From Perna viridis (taxonomy: Eukaryota): a DNA stretch of 64,000 nucleotides. The notes beneath the pieces were generated by a model. The model was not told the DNA's origin, ran no database searches, and worked only from the letters and a program-made list of their open reading frames with translations. The DNA lies in the NCBI GenBank assembly GCA_037379345.1, contig CM074525.1, positions 3,729,170 through 3,793,169 on the forward strand, in the 5' to 3' direction. Position 1 is the first letter of the stretch; each line of letters begins with the position of its first letter. Shown here piece after piece: positions 53,401-64,000 of the stretch. Both the position numbers and the translations under genes were made by a program.

Positions 53401-54444
53401 ACTGTTTACTTATATTTTAATTTGGCTTCCACATCATTAATCAACATTAACTTGATTTTGAATAAAGTTGACGTTTAGTTTTGAAAAGAGAATTTTAACG
53501 CATTTATATCTTCGGACTTTGTTGTCATCTGTATGAAATCTCATTTCTAAATTCCTCTTGTGCGTATCGTTTACAACCGCACAAGACAAGCAGCTGTTGG
53601 CATGTCATGTGAGAATTATCGTCTCAAAATGGTTGCTGACCACAAACTGTTTCTCTGGAAGTCAACACAGAGAGATAATATTTTCCCAGACACGCGCAGA
53701 ACATTGTCATCATTCAATTATCCGCAACAAAAATAATCACTGTAATAAATCGTGTCTTTGTCCTAACCTTCTTATGACAAATCTAATTTCTTTTGTTCCC
53801 ACAAATCTAATCATTGTTTATATTACGGCGCTTTACCATGGAAATCTTTACACGTAAATATGAAAGTCTCCATTTCTGGACAGTATTAAAATTGAATTAA
53901 TAAATAGCGAAATAATTGTCTATCGGCGACATTCTTGGTATGAAAGCTAATCTAGGTCAGAAATCTGTTAAAAATACAAAAACGTTGTTACCACTTCTTT
54001 CCTTTCTGTTTTTTATTTATTTTATTTTATTTTTTTTTGCATAAAAGGGCTTTCATTTTACTCAGAACTCAATCCGGCCTCTTTATGCAAATTAGCAAAG
54101 TTCAAAATGAACAACTTTCAGATATGTAATGAGTAGAGTTCATGCCTTGTGATTCTTTTTTTTTCTCATCCAGTATAGAAGGATTTATAAGTTGGCGAAG
54201 TGATATGTAAATAATCAGGAAGCGGTTATAGGTCCGCGGAAGGAGATTGTGAATAATTATAAACCTTTACGATTGCATGTTAAACCATTACAATATAGAC
54301 CTTGTAAACAATCAGAAAGACAGCAATCAGCATATTTCAGGAGTGGATACAGAAATTTTCCAGACGGGAAATTGGCACATACTGTCGCGATTAATGCCGT
54401 ACATTTTAGGGGGTTCTTGTTTTTTCTTAAACAACAATTGGTTG

Positions 54445-54612
54445 CTGTGAAGGTACTTTTATTCGTGGATACCAATTTTCGTGGTTTAGGGAAAAATATA
54501 AGTTCGTGGATTCTTGATTTCGTGGATCTGAAACTTGGGAACAAATTTCATGGTTTACCAGACCCTCGAAAACCACGAAAATTGATACCCCACAAACAAT
54601 AACACTTTCACA
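54445..54612. mobile_element. MITE (~170 bp)
   Basis: TIRs tgtgaaggt...taccaattttcgtgg / ccacgaaaattgata...actttcaca. Confidence 0.7.
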
Positions 54613-54689
54613 TTAAGTTAAATCCCAATACATTTCAGCTTTGTTTGTTATTTACAGTTATTACAAGATAAAATGTTATTGACACTAAG

Positions 54690-55194
54690 TTTGTTGGGGT
54701 TTAACGCCCGATCAGCAATATTTCAGCTATATTCAGGCGATGAACATGAAGTGGATGATACAATGAACATGAAATGATGAAATTAAAATGGGATGGGACA
54801 CAAGGATAATGGGATCGACAAATTTTGATTGCCACCGGAAATAGGGAGAGGTGGGTAGGGTTGGGCAATTTAGCCTCCTATGGCGGAGCCCTATGGTTCC
54901 TACTCCGGGAGAATACCACAGTAGGGTTCTTTAACGTGCGAGGAACGTGGCATCTTTCCCAACACGGTGCACCACTATGGTTTGCGGTCAGGTTTTCCGT
55001 ATTATAGCCTGACAACCCTAGCATGTTACATGCCAGGGGTTACCCATTCCACCACCTGGGGCACACAACCCAGTTGCTCTGTGGGCGGAGCACCCTAGCC
55101 CCCGGCTAGGTTTCTTGAGCACTATTCAGTCGCCTTTTACGACAAGCTTAGCGGCTGCAGGCCTATTCAGTTGACACCCGGACCTGCACGGGTC
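54690..55194 (-). mobile_element. Nin/Deu-core SINE-like retroposon, copy 11
   Basis: TSD TATTGACACT 54677-54686 / 55195-55204. Confidence 0.94.
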
Positions 55195-55529
55195 TATTGA
55201 CACTGAGACAATTTCAATTTAAACATTTTAAGCGGAAATCTTAAATTAAATTCTAAAATTATTAGAGACGAAAACTGAATTACCACTTTATATAGTATAC
55301 CAATTAATAATACAAAAAATCTCATAAAAGCTTGTTTTTTTTTTAATCGTGTGGATTATAAAATCGTTAAAGTACATAGAAAGAAAATATATTTCAAAAT
55401 ATTTTAGTTGAAAATCCATTTATTAGTTAAAACATTCGTGTTTTCCTAGCGTGTATATTCTTCTCAAATGGTTATTGTAATATATATTGAATCGGAATGC
55501 TACACAGTTTTACTTCAAAATATTCTTTT

Positions 55530-56363
55530 GTTTGTTTAATGTTTAACGTCCGAGCAGCAATATTTCAGCTATATTCAGACGATGAACATGAAATTAATGA
55601 TAAAATGAACATGAAATGATGATGAAATGAAAAAGGGATGGGACAAAAGGACAATGGGGTCGATAAATTTTGTTTTCCATTGGAAATAGGGAGAGGTGGG
55701 TAGGGTCGGGCAATTTAACCTCCTGTGGCGGAGCCCTATGGTTCCTACTCCGGGAGAATACCACAGTAGGGTTCTTTAACGTGCGAGGAACGTGGCATCT
55801 TTCCCAACACGGTGCACCACTATGGTTTGCGGTCAGGTTTTCCGTATTTCATGTTTGTTTGTTTGTTTGTTGGGGTTTAACGTCCGAGCAGCAATATTTC
55901 AACTATATTCAGACAATGAACATGAAATGGATGATAGAATGAACATGAAACGAAAAAAAAGGATGGGTCACAAGGATAATAGGGTCGACAAATTTTGATT
56001 GCCACTGGAAAAAGGGGGAATGGGTAAGGTAGGGCAATTTAGCCTCCTGTAGCGGAGCGCAAAGGTTCATACTCCTATCGAATACCACAGCAGGGTTCTT
56101 TAACGTGCGAGGAACGTGGCATCTTTCCCCACACGGTGCACCACTATGGTTTGCGGTCAGGTTTTCCGTATTATAGCCTCACAACCCCAGCATGTAACAC
56201 GCCAGGGGTACCCCATTCCACCACCTGGGGCACATATCCCAGTTGCTCTGTGGGCAGAGCGCCTAGCCCCCGGCTAGGTTTCTGAGCACTATTTAGTCGC
56301 CTTATACGACAAGCTTAGCGCTGCCGCAGGCCTATTCTTTTAACACCCGGACCTGCACGGGCG
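55530..56363 (-). mobile_element. Nested SINE-like copies 12 (55530-55846, 5'-truncated) and 13 (55852-56363, full-length)
   Basis: Outer TSD TTCAAAATATTCTTTT 55514-55529 / 56371-56386; inner TSD TCCGTATTTCA 55841-55851 / 56364-56374. Confidence 0.93.
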
Positions 56364-57329
56364 TCCGTATTTCAAAATATTCTTTTAACCCATTACCAAT
56401 TTTTAAGTGATGTATAAAATATTCGGTGCTGGCCTGGTGCTTCCCTTTCGGTCAAGGTTAATAACAAAAGCTCCCTTTTGCGATATTGGTTTAGCGTACT
56501 TCTAGGATACAATGTATTTTTGATCTTGAACTTCCTATATAAGTAGTTGGTTCTAATCCGGCTTGGTTAGAGGTTACACCTTTAACCACGTGTACAACAT
56601 ACCGAAATGTGCAATATCTATAAAATTGGTATTTTGCATTAAGATACATCAAAATGCAAGTACATGGCTAATATCACAAAACATACAATACACCATACAA
56701 AGATGATGCTTTCAATATATACGTTTTCAGCATCAAAAGATAGTATTAACCTCTGATCGATATAGACCTTAATATCGCAGTTCTATTGACTGTTTTATAA
56801 ACTCATTACGCTTCGTTTTCCCACCAGACAAGTAGTACTAAATGTAATTGATTATAAGAGCAGTTCTCTTTGTAATCATTGTTATATTTTGACAAGAAAT
56901 CTGTAAGCGACGGCTCAATGGTGATACCCCCGCCTTTTCAGCACACAGGGAGATGTCATAAACGAGTGCGAAAACACATTCCACTATTCAGTATACCCAT
57001 ATAAAGCATAGTATGAAATATCAATATCCTGCGGTAATTTTAACGAAAGAATATGGACTATGTTATGGACTATAATTGAGTGTACAAGTGTTTGTAAAGA
57101 TCAGGCAAATGGAAAACATCTTACGCTCGCATATCAAAAGCCCACTGATCTGCAAATATCGCCTTATTATACGATTTTTATTTAGAAAGAAAAACTCTAT
57201 TTGATCTCTGCATCTCTGGATAAGTCTGAACGTTTTTATTGGGATGTCACAAAATATTATTTTTCGATGAAATAGTCCTATGGCTATTTCCAGTGTTTAT
57301 GTAAGTATACGATTTCACTGAAAGTTCAA

Positions 57330-57600
57330 GTAAATGTTTTATGTTTTTAGTTTAAGTGAATGCTTTATGTTTTCTGTTTAAGTGAATGTTTTCTGTTTAA
57401 GTGAATGTTTTGTTTTTAGTTTAAGTGAATGTTTTCTGTTTAAGTGAATGTTTTGTTTTTAGTTTAAGTGAATGTTTTCTGTTTAAGTGAATGTTTTGTT
57501 TTTAGTTTAAGTGAATGTTTTCTGTTTAAGTGAATGTTTTCTGTTTTCTGTTTAAGTGAATGTTTTATGTTTTCTGTTTAAGTGAATGTTTATGTTTTAA
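57330..57600. repeat. Low-complexity minisatellite (gtttaagtgaatgttttct, ~19-25-bp variants)
   Basis: Tandem copies visible. Confidence 0.9.
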
Positions 57601-58043
57601 TATTATCACACAGGACGCAATAATAATACAAATACCAGAAAACATCATATTTTCTCTTATCATTAGATGTAGATTAAGCATTTTCGTTGCTCTGTTTAAA
57701 AATACGTGTAACACGGATTTTGAAGTGCTTTGAAATAATTTATTACCAAGATTGTTTATGATAGAACAATATGAATAGAAAAAAATGCTGGGTAAAAGTG
57801 CTCTTTTTTAGATATAAGTATTTGAATAAATTGGCGGGATAAAAAATTCTCTGGAATTTCCTTAGGTTCTGCTATGAAATGAATAAAACCAGAGGAGTCC
57901 GAAAATCTGACAAAAATGACTGAACATGAGCAGCGATCATCCTTAAACACAAATAACATTTACTTCTTATTTTGCCAAGTTGTTCTTGAGGTCATTATTT
58001 TATACTTATTTGTATTATCTCTTCACAGGAAAACACCAAACTG

Positions 58044-58089
58044 ATGAACATGGAATTTAACTCCACAAATGAGACATTAAACGCAATTG
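58044..58089 (+). CDS. GPCR N-terminal coding exon (MNMEFNSTNETLNAI-G)
   Basis: Acceptor tctcttcacag|58029 and donor 58089|gtaagt. Phase 1 joins the 60801 exon in frame. N-glycosylation sequons NST and NET are typical of GPCR N-termini. Confidence 0.75.
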
Positions 58090-59519
58090 GTAAGTTGAAA
58101 AGTCTCGTAAAGTGCCATTAAAATGCATTAAAGAATCTACATTTTAATAAGAAATCTTAAATTAATCGGCTATCTTGGTCGTTTGCGTTTGAAAAGTTCC
58201 GATCACCGACTCTCAATATAATTAATTGTCGATATATGTAAGAATTAGACAGTGAGTATAAAAAAATACAATTTCGAAAGTTTAATTTGACTATTTGCTC
58301 CATAAAAATCAAAGAAAAAAAGACGTGATTTTCCACATCATTTTGGTGAACTGACTAATAGTTCCATTGCAATGCACTGACAACGAACATTTCAAGGGCA
58401 GATAACTCTTCAAAAACCTCATGTTTCTAACATTCTATTAAAGAAATTCCGAGCAAATCCATTGATGCAGATATAAAATAACGGTCTTTTCATATAGATG
58501 ACGCATCCATGACAGAAGTTATATCGTCAGATTGGTGTGTTTGCATTTTTCTGTTTTTCCCATTTTGCCTCATGATTACAATTACAGTGTAATTGTGCGT
58601 ATAAAAATATTGAGTGTTCTAAACCTCAATTAGCGTAGATATATCAGCCTTACAAGCGCAGCACGCATTTCAAGTGACATTGGTTAAACGTACTTGACTT
58701 GACCTTTTAGGACTTAAATAATTTGCTTTTTCGCCACAGAAACTTCAAAAGGCCATAAAACGAAGAAAAACTGCTATTTTCGACTAAATTATGTATATGT
58801 AATCTTTTGTTCGATTTAATTGTCCTCTTCCCATGTTCTTGTTTTATTGTATATTGCCTTCTTCCAATTTTTCATACAAGGACACTGATGTTTCTTATTT
58901 CATATCAGAAGAGTTAGATATTCTTATTGATTAAACATGGTCATATAGTATTCAATAATTTGTTATAAAATGTCTGGGAATAATACCCGGGTCATTATCA
59001 CATAAGAATGCCCTCTTTAGATTCTTCAATGAAATAAAAATAAAAGTTGCGTATGTAAAGGGCATTTTCGATAAATCGACTACCTTTGGGAAGTGGCATC
59101 GCCTTCAACATTGGTAATGTTCTCGCCTGCGGCTCAGAGCATTATCAACGTTTCAGGCAATATCATTGTCCAATGGGTATGCAGTAAATTTATAATGATA
59201 ATGCCCTATTTATTAAAAGCACAAAGTGTATATTTTTTTTCAGAAAATTGTCATTCAGTTGGAACAATAGTCTGGTGTCTTGAGTCAGGATACCAACGCG
59301 TCTTATTCGGAACAATAGTCCTCTTTCCATGTCGCTATTTTTTTATTCGAATACAATCCTCAGTATTGAGAACGGCGATAGTCTCAATAACGTTTGTAAA
59401 CGGCTAAAAAAGAAGAAACCAGCACAGAATGTTTCCTTGGTCAAAAAGATCGAATTCTTAAGTATTTTCATTTGCGAAAAGGTTATACTATGAAAGTCTA
59501 TATCGAGTTTTAACTTAGT

Positions 59520-60190
59520 TCATTAATATTGGCATTTTTTCCTGGTGTCTTGAGTCTGGATAACGTGTATTGTTTCGGAACAATAGTCTTCTCATTTTTC
59601 CTGGTGGCTTGAAACAGGATAACAACGTGTCTTATTTCGGAACAATAATTTTCTCGTTTTCCTGGTGTCTTGAGTCAGGATAACGTGTCTTATTTCGGAA
59701 CAATAGTTTCTCATTTTTCCTGGTGTCTTGAGTCCATATAACGTGTATTATTTCGGAACAATAGTCTTCTCATTTTTCCTGGTGGCTTGAATCAGGATAG
59801 CCCCGTGCATGTCCGGGTGTTAAAAGAATAAGCCTGCAGCAGCGCTAAGCTTGTCGTAAAATGCGACTAAATAGTGCTCAGAACCCTAGCCGGGGGCTAG
59901 GGCGCTCTACCCACAGATAACAACGTGTCTTATTCGGAACAATAGTCATTTTATGTTTCCTGGTGTCTTGAGTCAGGATAACGTGTCTTATTCCGGAACA
60001 ATAGTCTTCTCATTTTTCCTGGTGTCTTGAGTCAGGATAACAACGTGTCTTATTCGGATCAATAGACTTCTCATTTTTCCTGGTGTCTTGAGTTAGGATA
60101 ACCTGTCTTATTCGGAACAATAGTCTTCTCATTTTTCCTGGTGGTTTGAATCAGGATACCAACGTGTCTTATTGGGAACAATAGTCTTTT
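59520..60190. repeat. Intronic minisatellite, ~59-61-bp unit (tttcctggtgtcttgagtcaggataacgtgtcttattcggaacaatagtcttctca)
   Basis: cctggtg at 59541, 59600, 59661, 59719 and onward; an outlying unit at ~59260-59330. Confidence 0.93.
59800..59916 (+). mobile_element. Head-only fragment of the SINE-like retroposon inside the minisatellite
   Basis: gccccgtgcatgtccggg...gctagggcgctctacccaca, then satellite resumes. Confidence 0.88.
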
Positions 60191-60363
60191 TTGCACGCTT
60201 TGCAATATTCATCTTTGTTAAAAACACATAGATGTTTTCAAAAATTATATAAAAAGAATAAAATTAATACAATCCACACCATAAACATGCGTATTGCTTT
60301 GTAAGAATCTATCACAGTCCTTATCGCATATGAAGTTCTCCTATATGTAGTCGGAACATTTTT

Positions 60364-60767
60364 TTAAGGAATAGTCTTTATAAAAATCATACAGGAGGTG
60401 ATTCATGCAAAACCCACCAAATTAACTTTTATTTCTTGTTCTGTAACAGTTACCGATCACATAACCAGTCTTAGTTTTCCGTTTGGTTGTTGTGCTTTTT
60501 AGATAAAAATATATATATATATATATATACATGAATTTGGCACTTTGCAAGAGTTATTGTTCTTGATTTTGTTTGATTTGGTTGATTTTAGTGGGTAATA
60601 AATGTATGATTTTCTCAAAGAAGCAGATCTGAGTACAGAAATAATTAACGTTATGTGAATGTATAGCATATTTAGACCGAAAAGCATCATTTGTTTGATG
60701 GGTTTTTCTACACCACGAATCTTTTTACCTTTGCCCGTGTCTAAATTTTATATGGACTGGTATTTAA
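60364..60767. mobile_element. Second copy of the TTAA-flanked non-autonomous DNA transposon (Kolobok-like)
   Basis: Colinear with 26931-27338; ends ~35 bp upstream of the GPCR splice acceptor. Confidence 0.65.
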
Positions 60768-60800
60768 TTCATCAGTGACGTGTTCCTTTCTCTGTTTTAG

Positions 60801-61771
60801 GCCGTCAACCTGAACGTTGGGGATGGTGGATACAGCAGATTATCACACCATTTATAGTTCTGATTGGGATCAGTGGAAACATTATATCGTTCATGTTAAT
60901 GAAGACCAAATCACTGCGCAAGAAATCTTATAGCCACTTTTTATGTGCCCTCGCCGTGTTTGACAGTCTCTGCCTGATAGACCGCCAGATATTCTTGATA
61001 CACAAAATATACACGGAAGAGAAAGGGGTTGACGGAATATTTACCCACTATAGTGACCTTAGCTGTCAGATATACAGTTTCTGTCAACACGTCTGTATGC
61101 TAATGTCCTCTTGGCTTATTGTTGGTATGGCTGCCGAGAGGGTTGTAGCCATGTGTTTACCCTTCAGGAAAACGTTGCTTCGTACACAAACAGGGGCGAT
61201 AATTATGATCATATCAACTTTAGTACTGATGTGTTTGACGCAAATATTTCGTTTTATCATGGTTAAAAACAAGGGTGGAAAATGTGGTGGCGACGAGGAA
61301 AGACATCCAGAGTATATCAATCTCCATATCTATTTTTACCAATTTACCCTCGTTTTGACATTGCCATTTCTCATTGTATTGGTATGTAATGGACTGGTGA
61401 TCTACCAGATCTATCGAGTCAGAAAGGCCGCTACTAACACAAGGTCTAGAGTACTGGAACGGTCACATAAAACAACGTTAATGCTATTGGCAATTTCAAT
61501 CACCTATCTTATTACAATGCTGCCACTTGTTGTCATAGCATTTGCTTTTCATGTTTCCTTGAAAACAATGAATGTAGACTTATTTATCTCATTAATACCT
61601 GTCATGGATTTAGTATCTGTCGTATCGTATTGTAACTATGGTGTAAACTTCTTTATCTACATTCTCTCTGGACGATCGTTCAGATTGGAACTAAAAAGAG
61701 TATTCAGGCGCGAACGATTCCATAGTATGTCTTCAACTAGAACCAGGGAGGAGGTTCTCAAACTACAATGA
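60801..61771 (+). CDS. Rhodopsin-class (class A) peptide GPCR, FMRFamide/myosuppressin/sex-peptide-receptor-like; main exon TM1-TM7
   Basis: Acceptor tttctctgttttag|g and seven hydrophobic segments. Motifs: GN (TM1), LAVFD (TM2), C..., AAERVVA (TM3), LPF (TM5), LP (TM6), NYGVNFFIY (TM7), FR helix 8. Spliced protein 338 aa. Confidence 0.92.
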
Positions 61772-62217
61772 GATTTTAAAAAAAAAATCGATCGATAAAC
61801 GGGATTTTCAAAAATACAATAATGTTTCATAACATTTTCAAAATCGAACGATAGATGGGGTTACAAATATTATCATTAATATTATTGTCATTATTGTACA
61901 TGTATGCCTTGGAATGGTATACTGGATTCTCCAAGTACAGCACCGCAGAACAACATTCTTAAAATCGAAGTACAGACAAGGATTTTAAATTACAGTGACA
62001 ATATATATTATTTTTCTTTTTCAAAATCGAAAGAAATCAGAATAATTAACATGCTAACAGTGTTTACATTTTACTTCAAGAATTATTGACATGATCCAGC
62101 GGGGACATTGCACTTCCAGAATTTCTTGACTTGTAACAGCAGAGATATTTAACTTAATTCAAAATGGACTGGTTTTTAAGTTACAGTGGTCCATACAAAG
62201 CTTTTGCGTGTCTATTA

Positions 62218-62223
62218 AATAAA
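62218..62223 (+). promoter_or_regulatory. Candidate polyadenylation signal AATAAA for the GPCR
   Basis: AATAAA ~450 bp after the stop codon; motif only. Confidence 0.25.
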
Positions 62224-63089
62224 CAATATTATTACAAGATAAACGATTTCATAATATTTCAATGCATATAAGGAACTGGAAACATTATGAGACTAACGAA
62301 CATTTCCGCCAGTTCCGAAAATAATATAAAATTTGTTTCTATACTCTTCTACTCTCGATTAATATCAGCTGCCCAAAAATAGGATTCCTGTTCTATTCAA
62401 AGAGAATTAAATTGTTTATATTTCGACAGGTTACTATTGTAACTGAAATAGTAGTTAATAAGAGGTTGGACTTATTTGGTCACTTGATTATATAGCGTCG
62501 TCTACACGTCTGATACGAAAACAGTTTGTAGGTTGGTATTGCCTGCCATATGGTGTTTGTCTTTGACTTATATTTCACAACTCAGATACCACTGTTACTT
62601 ATTCAATCAACACCGGGTCACTGCAAGGTTCAATAAACACAAATACTAACAGCTAAAATATACCATATGACACATGGATTTAAAGTGTAGAAAGATAGAA
62701 ACACTATCTTAAATGACATAATCCCATATATGAAAAATAAATAAACAACATTCATGAAATACCTGAATACAAAACTGCCTATACACAAAACAACTAATTT
62801 TGAAAATTAAAATATATGACACAGCGAAGTACTCCATAGCCTTTTTGAAAGCTTATGATAAACTTTTACTGTTATTGTCTTTATATTGCGAACAATATCA
62901 TTTTTGAAAAAAATTAATTGCTAGTTTAGTTTTTATGTGACATGTTTAATGGCATAGAAGTAGTGGAGTCAGAGTGTCATACACCCCGTCTGTCAGTGAC
63001 ACTATATCATCGATAGATGTTAGCAATACATCTTGGTTGCACGGAGACTTTAACAGAGAAGAAAGAGATTTAAGCTCGCTATCAAAAGG

Positions 63090-63330
63090 TTAATCAAGGG
63101 AACCAGTAATCAAAGGGCAAATATGGGGAACCAGTACTTAAAGGGTAAATAATGGGAACCAGTAATAAAAGAATATATAATTTCTATGGTTCTGACGATA
63201 CGGGAAAGAAAAGTAAATGATTCGGACTCCTCTAAAAACTGGAAGCATGTACAAATAACCAATCTAAAACATGCAAAGAAACAGAAGTAAATGAGCAACC
63301 CGAACTCTTAAAAACTATAGGAGCATACAT
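63090..63330 (-). mobile_element. Degenerate Penelope-like 3' end with triplicated terminal motif (gggaaccagta)
   Basis: taatcaagggaacca...aatgagcaacccgaactc...ggagcat. Confidence 0.5.
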
Positions 63331-63641
63331 TAGATCAAGGCACATTTATTCTTCCCATTTTACTCACTATAATGAACATAGGGGAAATAGCATTTGATTT
63401 CTTATAGAATCCTATATTGCCATGGATATCATGTTTTGTTTTGGTATCTGTCCTGAATTTGAAGTTTATCTATTTATTTATTTGTAAAATGCCCTCTTAT
63501 AACTACGATTGAGTTGACAAAAGCAATTCGATGCAAAAATACGGATGAAGATAAAATAAAACCTGTCATTTTAGAAGTAGCTCTGTCCCGATTAAAATAG
63601 CAAAAAAATGAGATGACACAATGTAGTACTTTACAAGCAAA

Positions 63642-64000
63642 TACAGTGACACCTGTCTAAACTGCACCCTAAAAGCCGAAAACATGTCTAAACCAATCCT
63701 TGAAACAGAAAACCTATCTAACCGAACCGTGAAGGCAGAAAACATGTCCAAAGCGAACTGCGAAAACAAAACCTGTCTAAACCAAACAATACACGCCAAA
63801 AACCTGTATAAACCGAACCATAAAATACCATGAACCTGTCTAAACCGAAGCATTAGTCGAAAACCTGTTTAAACCGAACAGTGAAACATAAAACCTGTCT
63901 AAACCGAACCATAAAGGTCACAAATCGTATGAATCAAACCGTGAAAACAGAAATCATGTTTAAACCGAACCATGAAACAGGAAACCTGTCTAAACCGAAC
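63642..64000 (+). mobile_element. TA-CAGT-starting non-autonomous mariner-like element with internal ~30-bp tandem array (acctgtctaaaccgaac), running off the window
   Basis: tacagtgacacctgtctaaac then tandem units; related degenerate pieces at 25410-25665 and 26595-26870. Confidence 0.6.

Noticed and set aside
51700-54400. Possible promoter or first exons of the GPCR (octamer ATGCAAAT at ~54085, unique sequence blocks, ORF 52433-52711)
   Set aside because: Isolated motifs are expected by chance in AT-rich DNA, and no exon can be fixed without transcripts.
14220-55998. Recurrent ORFs MCPRWWNGVP..., MIATGNRERW..., MAERKGSYS...
   Set aside because: Chance frames in the GC-richer SINE; present on both strands and broken differently in each copy.
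9055-60190. Tandem arrays as CRISPR-like repeat-spacer arrays
   Set aside because: Units are contiguous and similar along their whole length, with no unique spacers and no cas-like ORFs.
1-64000. Fanzor/TnpB, transposase, integrase or viral ORFs
   Set aside because: No ORF with RuvC, DDE, tyrosine-recombinase or capsid motifs is recognisable in the six-frame track.

Overview
AT-rich, repeat-dense animal genomic DNA, most likely a bivalve mollusc (inferred from the repeat families). It is not prokaryotic: I find no operons, CRISPR arrays, rRNA or intact tRNA genes. Only one host gene is supported: a rhodopsin-class peptide GPCR (FMRFamide/myosuppressin-receptor-like) with two coding exons on + (58044-58089 and 60801-61771, 338 aa). 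The rest is retroelement and satellite DNA: (i) 14 copies or fragments of a ~470-500 bp SINE-like retroposon with a Nin/Deu-like core, a pseudoknotted non-tRNA head and a covarying 3' stem-loop; (ii) a decayed CR1-group LINE (13137-16783) with a twin-priming-type 5' inversion and nested insertions; (iii) several Penelope-like (Naiad-type) RT fragments sharing a structured 3' UTR; (iv) a tRNA-headed SINE, including a head-to-head palindromic double insertion; (v) MITEs and foldbacks; (vi) at least seven minisatellites, one with a 541-bp higher-order repeat. The best novelty candidates are RNA-structure modules carried by non-autonomous retroposons, above all a 261-bp highly structured, TSD-flanked insert at 42-302. 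All folds were derived by eye and no function is demonstrated. Most ORFs in the supplied track are artefacts of repeats.
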